Origin: Reclinomonas americana ATCC 50394 | Taxonomy: Eukaryota | Reading direction: 5' to 3' | Assembly (NCBI GenBank): GCA_048213135.1 | Contig: PS015104.1 | Span: forward strand, 86,847-140,406 | Length of the DNA stretch: 53,560 nucleotides | Part shown: in pieces, positions 29,201 through 41,519 of the stretch | Numbering within the stretch: position 1 is the stretch's first letter | Layout: each line of letters opens with the position of its first letter | The notes under the pieces: generated by a model | Seen by the model: only the letters and a program-made list of their open reading frames with translations | What the model was told of the DNA's origin: nothing | The model's database searches: none | Translations under genes and position numbers: made by a program

Positions 29201-32200
29201 CACGGACAATCTCCACGCGCCCCGTGAAACGCCTGAACAGCTTCAACTTGGCCATGTCAGCGCGCGTGTCGCTCGCAAACTTGGGGTCCACATCGATAAG
29301 CTGCCGCGCGAGCGAGTAGTACTCCATGCCGTACAGGAACTTGGCGTTGTGTGCACTCTGTGACTCGGGGTCGGCAGGATCGGGAGGCTCCTCGATCTTG
29401 CCGAGCGTGTAGCGGCGCTGAGGCGTGGAAGGAGGACGCAGAATGAGTGAAAAGGGGGATAAACAAGCAACAACTCCGTGAAAAGCGTGAGACGCAACGA
29501 ATGTGTCGGAGCTGCGAGCCAGAGCATGCAGCGGCGCGTGGATCTCCACCACATGTGGAAGCTACACACGGAGTGAGCACTGGGAATGGGAGATCCAGAA
29601 TAGGGTATGCGCAGCACTCGACTCCAAACGCAACAATGATATTGCCGCCAATGGCCTCGCGCAGGACACGCGGAATGTCGGGCAGGTTGCCGCCCTCGGT
29701 CATGCTGGCAACAACGACAAGTGCACTCCGCTGTCAATCGAGCGCAATGAGCACAATGCCCCTCGCATTTCCTCACGTCGGCAGCCACACAAACCATCAG
29801 ATTGTACTTGTCGACGTCGTCGCAGTCGTCGTAGGTCTTTTCGAGAATCTTGTTCACAATGAAACTCAACTTGGTCGACGCCAGAGCCACCTGTGCAAAC
29901 AGAATGAGTCTCTCTCTCTGTGTGTGTAAGTGTGTGTGTGTCTCTCTCTCTCTCTCTCTGTCTCTCTCTCACACTCTCTCTATCCTCTCACTCTCTCTTT
30001 CCATCTCTCTCTCTCTCTGTCCCTCCCCTTTCTGACACAAGAGTGACAAACCTGATTGGGGATGCACGGGCCCTGAATGACTTCGGCCAGCGTGTTGAGA
30101 ACCTGAATCGCCACCTCGATATTCGACGCATCAATGTACCGCTCGATGCTGCTCAGATACTGCAGCACCTCGAACACCAAGTTGATCGTCTCGGCGTGAT
30201 TGCTCTGCACGCGGAGATAGTTCTGCAGGCTGTGCGAGAGACAAAGACATTGCGTCACGCACGGCACGCTTGTGGTAAGAGGGCGAGGTAAGCGCACGCA
30301 ACTTGAGGTAGTGGCCCTCGCAGAAGAGCTGCAGGAAGCGCATCACTTCGCGCACAAAGCCTGTCGCCTGGAAGTCTTCACTTGCAGCCTCCAGCAGGTA
30401 CTGGGCATCTCTGTGGTGGACCACGTGAGTCACCAGAGTAACAATCACGTGATCTTGCTCACACACGCAACTCTTCATCGCCATCGTCACCCGCCTCCAT
30501 CTCCTGCTTGTGGAACTCCAGACGTCGATGCAAGGCGCGCTGCTCCTTGATCTCAGCAGTGGCGCGGCGAATGCGGTCGCGAACGGAGGTGAAGAACTTT
30601 TCGTCGGCTGAGCTCACAAGGTGCTTGTAGATGGCCTTTTGCACATGGCGGTTGCCTCCGTCCAGCAGCGCAATGCCAAAATCAAGAGCCGCCTTGACAA
30701 TCGCATCCATGGGCGAAGTGATGAGCTGTAGGACGAGTACTGCCGCGCCAAAGTCACACAGTTTGTTTTGGATGGTGGTCTGCGGAACCGGCACCTCATT
30801 CGCCGTTGTGTCCGCCGACCACTCCAACAAGTGTGTGAGGATGCGCAGGCAGGTGACAAACAGGTCGGTCTCCTGTGCGTGCACGCGTTGATCCGAGCTG
30901 CGCACATTTGTTAGCTACAGAAAGAGTGAGATCTTCCGCCGCACACAAACTGACCTCAACAAGAAAATTAGCTTCTTCGCCTCCAACAAAAAGTCCGGCG
31001 ACGACGGCTGCACCACTTGTCCGTGCGAGTCCGTCACAAACACCATGGCCAGGTCGTGGAATTCAGCAGTGGGGTCGCAGCTGGGCAAAGGAACAACACG
31101 AGTGAGCCTCCAAGGCATACGAACAAGAAAGCTGCGTATCGACGCACCCCTTGGCGATAATCTCAGACAACTGAGTGAACCGACGCTCCTCGCCCACGTC
31201 GGTCAGGTGCACTTGAGTCGTCGACGATGCGTCGCTTTGCGATCGCATACCCTCGCCGATTTCAAACGCCTGCCGAACGAGAAACTGTCAGATCGGCGTG
31301 CGCTTGCGTGCATGAGATGTGAGAGAGACGTGATCGCAACTCGCTCATTGTGACGCGACGGTGGAAGCGCAGTGCTCGACATGATGGCAGCCATGGCGCT
31401 GCTCAGCTCGCGCTGCTCTCGATGACCGGTGACGTACGAGTCCAGCGCCACCAGCGCATCGATGAGGCTGAGAGCCACTCGCGGACCGCGTCTGCACGCA
31501 CCAGTCGTGAACACACATGTGGAAGACAGGCACTCACGCGCAGCATCCCACGCAACGGATCCGATTTCCAGTCCATTCTGTCGTCCGTGCACAGGGAGGC
31601 AACCAACGGCAACATGCGCTTGAACAGGTACTTGCGGTAGTGGCCCAAAACTCGCTCACGCTCCGTCGCGTCGGTTGGCACCAGAGAAGGATCTGAGCGG
31701 CAAAAAAACATTAACATGTGCGTTGGACGGAGGCAACAGACGAAAGTGCACTCACCAAAGGAAGGTGCGTCACGCAAGGCAGCCTCGGCGTCGGCGTTAC
31801 GAGGCTGCAGCGCCATGAAGAATTGAACATCGCGGATCAACGACTCGAGCAGCTGGCCTACAGGTCCCGCGCAGGAGAGCAACGCCGATCGTTGCTCGAC
31901 ATTGACGTACACCTCAAAGATGAAGAACACCAGTGCACTCTTGACCTCGACAATGCACCCAGGTTCCACTGCCATGTCGATGGCCACATCGAGTGGCAGC
32001 AAGCTCTGGCACTTGACTTCGACCTGTCGCCAGCGGAAATCTGCTCAGAAAAGAAGCGCAATCACTCTTTCTGGCGACGCGAAAGCACTCACCAAATGAA
32101 GCCTGCCCAGCGAGCACATGGAAAGCGTCTCGAGCAATGAGATGTGGTACGCCAGAGGACTCTCCTCTGCGTGTGTGATGTGATTGCGCGCCGCCATGAG

Positions 32201-35200
32201 TTGCAATCTGTACGTGTCCATCGTGTTAGCAAGACGGAAAGGGAGAGAGACACGCCCCTGGCAGATAACACACCGTCGTGCGCGCTCTTCCGGCGTGTTG
32301 AAGAGGATCATGGTCTCGTGCTCTCGCTCAGTCAGCATCTTGATAACCAGCTGCTGGTTGCGTCGAATGGGCCGTCCATCGACCACCAGGATCACATGGA
32401 AAAAGTTGGTGTAGCGCTGGTATCGACCGCGTTCGACAATCAGCGTGATAAAATGCCGAATGTACTTTTCCTTGATGCTGCTGCACAGTACGCGATTGTT
32501 GCGGTAGATTTCCTCAATGTGTTCGGCGGCCTTGAGCTTGACACTGTTCAGCGGCAGTGAGCGCGCACAGAAAGCAGGAAAAGAGAAAGGCGAGGCCAAT
32601 GTCACACACACCCCATTTGTGACAGGTACAGTTCCATCTTGATGGCACATCGGCGCTGGTTTTCGCGGTTCTTGCGCACAAACTGCAATGGGAGGAGATG
32701 CGAGGTGAGTACGAACTCACGGTCCATGCCGCTAATATCCACGACGCAACATGCTTCAGCGCCTGGTAAATCGCCAAGAACAGTCCACGACGCGACAGCT
32801 CCGTCGGCAAGTTGGCAAACGGCAGCTCCAGCAACTCGTGCAGAATGTCATCAAAGCCGAGGTTGCGCAGAATATTCTGCTTTTCTCGTGCTCCACGCTT
32901 CTGCTGCAGCTCTACGCACGACGCGAACTAAGTATTTCACACACCGGGCACACACTGCAGCGAAAAACATGACTCAAAAAACTAACCCGCAATGACTGCG
33001 TTGCAGAGATTCATCATCTCCACTTCGTCGGCGCTGACGACCTGTGAGCCCTTGGACTGGAGGTTGGAGAGGCGATTCACCATCTCGCGCAGGCGACGAT
33101 ACACGGCCACACTCTCGTCTGTCACCAACAGCAGTGACGAACGGACTTGCGTGGTGAGCTCGGCGTTGGAGCTGCCGGTGAGCCACATGGTTGTCAGCAA
33201 AATTCGAACAGCACGTGTGCTGTCCAGTTGCGCACCTGAACATGCGAAACAAGAGCTTGAAGCAGGCCGTGCGCAGTTTCGGGTACTGATAATTGCACAG
33301 GTACAACAGAATGCTGCGCAGCGAGTCCATGTTGCCCAACATGTTGCAGTCCTGCATTGGCGACCATGAGCGAAAACGACCACCACAATCCTCCTCATGT
33401 GCGACGCACCTCAAAGAAGCGGTTCATGACGTCGCGCGTGACGGCCATGTCGGGCGAGCGTCGAAAAGCGACCAGGAATAGTGCCAGACGCTGGTCGAGG
33501 CGAATGTCGAGGAAAAAGTTGAGCAGATTCACGCATTCGATCTTGCACTTGACAATGACCGAGTTGATCTCGCTGGGGTCGAAGCGGCTGTGCGATGATC
33601 CACCAGCTTCGGCAGAACGCTGGGTGCCACGACCTGGTCGACAACACGAATGTGAGAGGCGAAGGAAAATAACGTCATCAGCACCCCACAGACCTCCTGC
33701 GACCAGCTCGTCGGTACGCCCGTCGAGCAACGCAATCACATCGGCGGCGACCTTGGAAATGCTCATCAGCTGCCGCAGCTGACCCCAGTCGGCCAGCATT
33801 ACGAGAACGCGAAGAACCTGTGGCGCGCAAGGTTGAGATCTTAAGCGGCAAGCGATCGACAGTCTCTCACTCCCTCCTCCGTCGCTCACGCAACACTGAG
33901 AATTAGGTGATTGTGCGACGCGCGGCCATAAAACTGTTGCCGATTCGAGCCGACAAACTCGCACGCAAACGCAAGCACGGCCCGAACACGCTCGTCAATA
34001 TCGGCCAGTGACGGCACATTGTCCAGTGCCGGCTCGTAGGCATTCAGGTCGGCCTCACTAGCAGCCTCAATCAGCGGCGACGTCTCGCCATGGAAGAATG
34101 AACGCCGGCTGTGCCGCTTGCTGTGTCGCTTGGAGGTGTGCGCATGGGGGGCAGCGGCGGTCGCCGAAGATGATTCCACGGGGTGCGGGCGAGACAGCGG
34201 CATGATATCCACTGTCGTGCCCGACGATGAGGCCGATCCAATCGTGCGCACACCATCGTTGACTTGGTCGCCTTGTGCGCTCCAAATCTGCAAGGCGGCG
34301 AGGGCGGATTCAGTTACTGCGCAGGTGGGAAGTGGGAGTGCAAGGGAGAGACGGACCTGAATGTTGTGAATGCGTGGCGCGACGAAAAACGGATCCACGT
34401 CCACAAAGAGGTGCTGAATAAGCTGCACGTAGGCACTGCGGAGCTTGGCCGGATACTCTGACGAGCGGGCAATCTCCAATGCCATCTCAAAGGGCACCAG
34501 TCCGCTAATTATCCGATGTGCGGCAGCGTTGCGTTGCTGAGGTGGAAAGTGCGAATGAGAGAGAGATAATTCGCAAGAGAGCAGCGCCACTCACCATGCA
34601 CAGGGCAGCAAACAACTCAATCTGCGCCACGAGATAGTTGAACACCTCGGACGTCTTGTCGCGGCAAAAATTGACCAATTCGGAGTGGCAGCGAGTGCCG
34701 TCGTCCTCCATCCATTGAATGAGCGGGTTGGTCACCGGCGGCTGCGGAAAGCACGCAGTGAGACTGGTGCGAATGAACACAGCACAGCAGCAGTAGCAGC
34801 ATCGCCGACGCAGACGCAACCGTCACGTGGTACAACAAGTGCGGGCACGCCTGCACAAAGTTCTCCAGCACGTATTGCTGATTCGTGGGCACCACCAGCT
34901 TGCCGCACTTGACCAGCATGATGAGGAACTCAATGTACCTGCCCAGCAGGAAAGGGAGAAGAAAGGGGAAGGGGGAAGAGGGAAAGAGGAGAAGAGGGGA
35001 AGGGAAAGATGAAAGGGGGGAGGGGCAAGGGGGGAAGAGGGGAAGATGAGATGAGCATGACAAGAGAGCGAGAGCTTCTCGACAAACTCACCGACTTGAA
35101 CGACCCTTGCGCGGCAAGTCCACGTAGAAGCGGAGTGTCTCGGATGACATGGAGTCGAGGAGTGCCCGGTTGTCACGAAACATCTCAATGAGCAGCTGTG

Positions 35201-38200
35201 ACGTCATGAGGTGGTAGCCGTGCTGACTTTGGATGAATGGGATGTGCGGCACCACCGCTGCGCGGCCACGGTTCGACTCGCGGACAACGTGGTACAACAG
35301 GCGGTAGCTGAGGCGCACGACCTGAGCAATGTGCTGGTATTGTGGCAGCAGCATGTCATCCAGAGTGTAGCCGCGTTCAAAGGGGGTGTGAATCGCACTC
35401 ATGCAGCGATCTACCACCTAGAGAAGAAAAGGAGGGAGGGAAATGATTAGCGAGAGAGATGTTGCAGAGCAACGGAGGAGGAAACTTGTGCCACAAATGC
35501 GCAACTCGTCGATCACGTAGGAGCCGCTGGTTACGCTTGATGGGGACACCCTCGCGCTCCATCGGATCCTGCACGTGCGACTCGGAGCACATGAAGATCA
35601 GGCGAGTGAGGGCCTCCAGCACGAACTGCAGCGACAGTGGACTGCACTCGTGCTGCTGGCGATGCGGGAACTGCATGGTGGGGGTTTTAAGATGCAGGTG
35701 GTGGCTTTCGTTTGTTTCCACTGAACAGCACACACCTGACGGACAAAGCTGTCGAGCTCGGCGAGCAGCGACGTGGCCTGGTGCAGCGACGACACATCGA
35801 GGGTGGACGCCAGCACGACGTAGAATGCGTCTTCGTCAGGTCGCACAGTGGTCAACGACAGCAAGTGCGGCTTCTTCTCGGTTGTATCGTAGCCGATGAG
35901 TTGGGAGAATCGCGCCGCTCTTGTGGCCTCGTCGCTGCGTCGTTTGAGAAGGGGCGGGTGAGGCGAGTATCGGGAGGGGGAGGAGGGCGCACAATGAAAC
36001 TCAACTCTGCCTCCTGCTCTTGTGCCTGCGAGCAGAGGAAGAAAGTCGATCGCTTGTGTCGCAAGCGCAGGTACGACTCGACGGGAATGAAGCCCTCGCT
36101 CTGCAGATATTGAATCAATAATACGGCAGCAACCATGGAATGACGCCTTGAGATGCCACCGACCTGGAAGAGCGGAAGGAAAACAAACAGAGTGTCGGGG
36201 TCGTTGCGGTTGGCCGTCATGGTGACAATCGGACGCGCTGCTGCCAGGCGATGCAGTGGATTTTGACCTGAAAAATCACACAGCGAGTGAGTGACGGAGA
36301 ACTGCTCTCTCATCAGCTTACATGTTGACTTCTTCACGACTCAACTGACAGTGGTGCGACGACCGAGTCGACTGAGCACTGCGCAGGCATCGTAAACACG
36401 TACACGGTGAGTCTTGCGCGATCGAAAAGAAGAGAACGTCATCGACACGAGCACGAACATCGCTCACTGGCACTGCGAGCTGGAGCGGTGAGGCGGGACA
36501 GCGCGGACTGAGCGCGTGAGCCGATGCCTGATGCTGCTGCAGCTGCCGCTGCCGAGCCCACTGTCACAGTCGACGCCTCCGACTCGTCCATCATGTCGCT
36601 CAATAAATCCTCGTGTGGATCGCTAATCGGTTGCAGAGCGTCGGGATCGGCCTTGAGATACAGGCCAGTGGCCAAGTGCTTGAGACGAACAGTGGCTTGC
36701 CAGGGGGCGAAACCGCCTGCGCAATGTGTAAGAGAGAGCATAGCAGAAAGTGGGGAAGGTGGGCGGTGGTGGTGACGCACCGCGACTGGCATCGGCCATT
36801 TCCACGTCCCACATAAAGTTGACTGACAGCTGGTCACTGCGCTTGCTGAGAGTGGAGGGGCGGATGTTCACTGCGGAGACGAACAATTAAGAGAGCAGTG
36901 AGGTAATGGATCAGAGCAAAACAATGCACTGCACCTTCCAGTTGCTCCTGACGATCGTCGGCATTCAAAAAGCCCTCGAGTTCCTTGTGATACAAGTAAA
37001 TGACATCACCTGCGACGCAGCAAGTTGAATGGAATGAGACCATGAGCAAGCGAGCACGCAAACACACAACGTACCGGCTTTGAGGAATCGCTGCGCCTCA
37101 CTGGGCACATACGAGGCGAACTGATGCAACGCCCAGCGTGCCGTGGTGGTGGAACCCAGGACTTCGATGCGACCGTCGGGCTCCTCAAACCGCTCCGTAC
37201 TCGGCGTCACATACAAGCGGAACTTGCGACTCAACAGCTGCACACTGTCGCCGAGACGAACAGCGTCGCCTTCCGTGCGCAACTTGGTCGACGGCTCCAC
37301 CACAAAGGCGCAGCCAGAGTCGCCACTCTCGATCGGAACCAGCCGGGCGCACCCAGACTGCGTCTCCGCCGCGCGACGCGACACCGACACGAAGCGATCG
37401 GAGCGCACGTGCAGCAATTGCAGAGAGGAGCCGTAGGTGACCTTGCGACCGAGTGCACGCTGCGTTTCTGACTCGTTCTGCCGCACCTCCGAGTCGCGTT
37501 TCAACTGCAGATCCTTCAGTCGATTGTACTCCTCCAGATCGTCCTCGTTGGTCGGCGGCGGAGTGCGCGTGTAATCAAACGACGAGTCGTACGACGACTG
37601 CTCCAGCTCGCGGTGAAAGTGCTTGGCCGCCGAGTACAGAATGGGAGGTAGGACGCGGAAGATGCAATCTGCGAGCGGAGTGATGAGAAGAGAGAGGAGG
37701 GAGGAGAAGGGGGAAGGGCGGAAGAATGGGGAACCTCGAAAGTTGGCCGGCAAGTTGCCTTCGTGGCCCTCGCTGATCGCGACACGAATGTCGACAATTC
37801 TGGGAGCGCTCGTGAGTCCACTCCGTAAGCATCGAGACGAAATGCAAGTCGACATTGCTCACCCTTGAGTGCTGATGTAGCCCTCGACCAATTGCGTCTT
37901 GATCTCGTGACTGCAGTGCAAGCTGATCAAGTCTGCGATCAAAAAGGGGAGAGGGAGGAGGAGGAGCAAGGGGAAGTGAGTGTGAGAGGAGGGGAAAGGG
38001 GAAGGAGGAGGAGGAGGAGAAGAAGGAGAAGGTGGGGAAGAAGGCGAGGAGAAGGAGACGAACAAGGGGAAGGAGGAGAAGAAGGAGGAGGAAGAGAAGG
38101 AGAAGAAGAAAACAAGAGAATGGAGGATGAGGAGGAGAAGAAGAAAAAGTGAAGAAGAAGGAAGAGAAGGTGGAGGAAGAGGAAGAATGGAAGAACGGAG

Positions 38201-38229
38201 TCCGGATCAACGCATGCACACTCATGATA

Positions 38230-38305
<76 letters not shown>

Positions 38306-38476
38306 TACACTCTACTCGTCTACACTATCGTACGTACTATACGTAACTTCCGTTACGTCACTTACCTAACCTCCAACNNNNNNNNNNNNNNNNNNNNACG
38401 CGAATACAGTCACTGAGTACTCTGCGATCACTCACTCACTCACTTGCCCTTCCCCTTCCTCCGCTCTCTCTCTCCC

Positions 38477-38524
<48 letters not shown>

Positions 38525-38824
38525 TGCACCTCCATAGCTCAAGAACTCCTCCGGCTGCGTGTCCGCGCGCAATGCATCCTCCACTGCGCCTCCACTTGCC
38601 ACTTGCCCAACGCCCAATGAGGCAAGCACAGTGGATGCAGGAGCGGAGGAGGAGGAGGCAGGCAATGCACTGCAGAGTGTGTGTGTGAGAGTGAGTGAGA
38701 GAGACAGTCGACATGTCACACTCTTTCTCTTTGTTTGTGTGTGTGTTGCTTACCCGCGCAACACGGATGGTCGCGGTGGTTGCTCGCTCGTGGCCACAAC
38801 AGTCGCCTGTGATGGGCGACTCAT
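26263..38824 (-). CDS. ITPR: Inositol 1,4,5-trisphosphate receptor-family Ca2+ release channel, many exons
   Basis: N-terminal FLSYG-DLISL, GYISTQG and PANFR-DCIFRVLP. MIR-domain LQLLHVRSDRF and VRLKHLATGLYL. RIH-associated LGIALLDGGN-like segment and FLQLFCEGHYLNLQNYLR, then TLAEVIQGPCIPNQ and GRVEIVRDRNLERVYFPIP. Pore region with IVTLNLIFG, then FEDHIHNDHNMWQY and DYTGTEQYV. The 3' end may extend to 24082. Confidence 0.96.
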
Positions 38825-39656
38825 GATGGCCCTCTCTCACTCTCTCTCTCGCTCTCGTTTGTTGATTAGACAATGTGTGTCCGCGCGCGTGTCCGAACAT
38901 TGACTTTTTCTTGGATTCCTCCTCTCCACACAGTCTGTGTGTTGCTCCTCTGTGTAGTGCTGCCCACGCAAGAGCACGCTTTGTGTGAGGCTTGCTGGGA
39001 GACGCATTGAAACCGCGGCACTGAAGATTGTATTTGTTCGAAAACTTGATATATTGTGATCATGATCGACGTCGCGCGTCTTTCATGACCGTGGGAAGCT
39101 GCACCGTGAAGGACAAGTACAGAGGTGGTGCGAGGTCTCAATTATTGTGCAGACGGGGAAAGCAATCGAGCTCGAGAACACAACCTCCGCGCCAAGAAAT
39201 CCTTTTGAGGCCAAACCGCGTTTGATTGGCTTTGCCTCCTGAAAGGGAAGATGTCGGTAGGAGAAGATTGTGCGTCTATATTGTGTTGGTCTGCCGAGGT
39301 CATTGTCGGCAAGCTTGTCGCACAATTGCAATTCGTGTAAAGCTTCGAAGTGTTTGTCCGCAACTCGAGCTCCCGAATCTGTGTCCTCTCCTGTATAGGT
39401 GCGCTTCTGCTCGCCGCTTCCTTCCTCCAGATAGCGAGCTTCCTGGTGGTGTTGATGGAGGGTTGCAATCGATCGCGATCGACGTGGACGTCGACATGAT
39501 ATCGTCGACGTCGACGTTGACTCTCACAGCGTTTGAGAAGCACCAGCCATCTCCGATGGTGAACTCGAGCACCGTGTGATGGGCGGTGACTGCCACCATG
39601 TGTGAAGTGCTTGCAAGACAACGAGGTGTCCCACAAGCATTTCTCCGTGAGTGTGC

Positions 39657-40754
39657 ATGTCCGCGCCATTCTCCCCCCACTCTCTCTGTCTGCACGGACA
39701 CAGCGGCGTCGTGCATGCTGTGGCCATCACCGCCGATGCCCGCCTCATCGTGAGCTCCGGCTCCGACAAGACACTGCGCGTGTGGTCTCGTCGAGGCGCC
39801 GAGGCGCGTCGCATGGAGGTCCCCGACACTGCACACCAGTGCGCAGTCATCACCCCCGACGGCCGCCACCTGGTGACTGCCGGCGACCGTGACAAGACAC
39901 TGCGCGTGTGGTCACTGGCGACAGGAGACCTCGTGCGACAACTGGAGGGACACCGACAAGGCGTGCTCTGCGTGGCCGTCACCAACACGGGCGAGCATGT
40001 GGTGAGCGGAAGCTGGGATTGCACCGTGCGCGTGTGGTCCGTGGAGAGTGGCGAGCAAGTGCGGCTACTGCACAGCCCCGTGCACTTTGTGCGCTCGGTC
40101 GCTGTCACGCCCGACAGTCGCTACATTGTGGCTGGCCGCGCAGACAAGATGCTGCGCGTGTGGCCACTGCTGGAGGAGGAGGAAGTAGGATGGCGCCTAG
40201 GGCGACACGTGTCCGTCGTGTCGTCCGTCGCGGTCTCGCCCGACGCGCAGCTCGTGGTGGCATGCGCGAAAGTTGAGTGGACGGTGCATGTGTGGGCGCT
40301 GGCCACGGGCGAGCTATTACATCGTCTGTGCGGGCACGCTGCAATCGTGTCCGCTGTCGCCGTCACCCCCGATAATCGTTTCGTGGTGAGCGCAAGTGCA
40401 GACGCAACTGTGCGTCTGTGGTCGCTGGCCACGGGACGAGAAGTGCAGCGACTGGAGGCGCACGTAGGGCCAGTCACGAGCATTGCGCTCAGTGCGGATG
40501 GTGAGCACCTGGTCAGTGGATGCGCAGACTCGACTGTGCGCGTGTGGTCCACCCCGCGAGGTCTCGCCCGCGCGGAACTCGATTGCGCACGATTCGCGCT
40601 GCAAGCTGTGCACGAGATGCAATTGGAGGAGGAGGAGGAGGAGGAGGAGGAGGAGGAGGAGGAAGTGCGGTGCTTGGCGGAGATCGTGCTGCGATGCTTC
40701 ATGGTGGAGGAGGCCGAGGTCATTGTGATGATGGTCGCCAGTGACACCACGTGA
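39657..40754 (+). CDS. WD40-repeat protein (about 7 repeats), single exon, poly-E tail
   Basis: Repeated GH..V..VA.TPD...VSGS.D.T.RVW motifs in an uninterrupted ORF; (GAG)n tract near the C-terminus. Confidence 0.92.
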   Translation: MSAPFSPHSLCLHGHSGVVHAVAITADARLIVSSGSDKTLRVWSRRGAEARRMEVPDTAHQCAVITPDGRHLVTAGDRDKTLRVWSLATGDLVRQLEGHRQGVLCVAVTNTGEHVVSGSWDCTVRVWSVESGEQVRLLHSPVHFVRSVAVTPDSRYIVAGRADKMLRVWPLLEEEEVGWRLGRHVSVVSSVAVSPDAQLVVACAKVEWTVHVWALATGELLHRLCGHAAIVSAVAVTPDNRFVVSASADATVRLWSLATGREVQRLEAHVGPVTSIALSADGEHLVSGCADSTVRVWSTPRGLARAELDCARFALQAVHEMQLEEEEEEEEEEEEEVRCLAEIVLRCFMVEEAEVIVMMVASDTT

Positions 40755-40806
40755 CACACCTGTCAATGCCGTCCATCAGCTTAGCCGTTGTGTGAACGCG
40801 CGCAGG

Positions 40807-41478
40807 ATGGAGCTCACTCGGTGCGCGTCTCTCGCCCTCTCTCTCTCTCTCTCTCTGGTGTTTGGTGTTGACTCACTCTTGTTTGTTTGTGTGTCTGTCA
40901 GACTCGACTTTGCGGGTTTCGGTGAGAACGATCCGCCTTCGCTGATTGGGCACTCGGCAAATGTGATCGAACACAGCTTGTTTACCTATGGTGGTGCGTG
41001 AGAGGAGGAGAGGAGCAGGGGAAAGGGGAGAGGGGAGGGGAGAGGAGGGAGGGAGGAAGGGAAGGAAAAGAAGAAAACAAAAGAAAAATAAAGAGAGAAA
41101 GAGAGAAAGAGATGAGAGAGAACGAGCCAAGCAGGAGAGGAGGGAGAGAGAAAGCAGAGAACAGGGGTAGGCTGGGACGGAAGAGACCGAGAGACTGAGA
41201 GAAAGAGACAAGAATAAGGAGCTGGAGAGAGAGGAGAGAAGGGTTGGGAGAGAGAAACTGCAAAGAGATTGAGATTGAGAAGGATGCTTGCAGGCAGACA
41301 GACAGACACGCTGAGAGAGAACAGCGAGAGGGAGAGACTGAGAGTGATCACAGAGTCTCATGCAACCTGACTGTCGCTCGGAACAGAGAAAGAATGAATG
41401 AAAGAATGAAAGAGAGAGAGAGAGAAGGAAAGAAAGAAGGAGAGAGCGTGTGTCAGGCGGACAGACAGACACGAGGGG

Positions 41479-41519
<41 letters not shown>

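Noticed and set aside
39524-40759. Long antisense ORFs opposite the WD40 gene (and opposite other GC-rich exons)
   Set aside because: Shadow frames expected from GC-rich codon usage.
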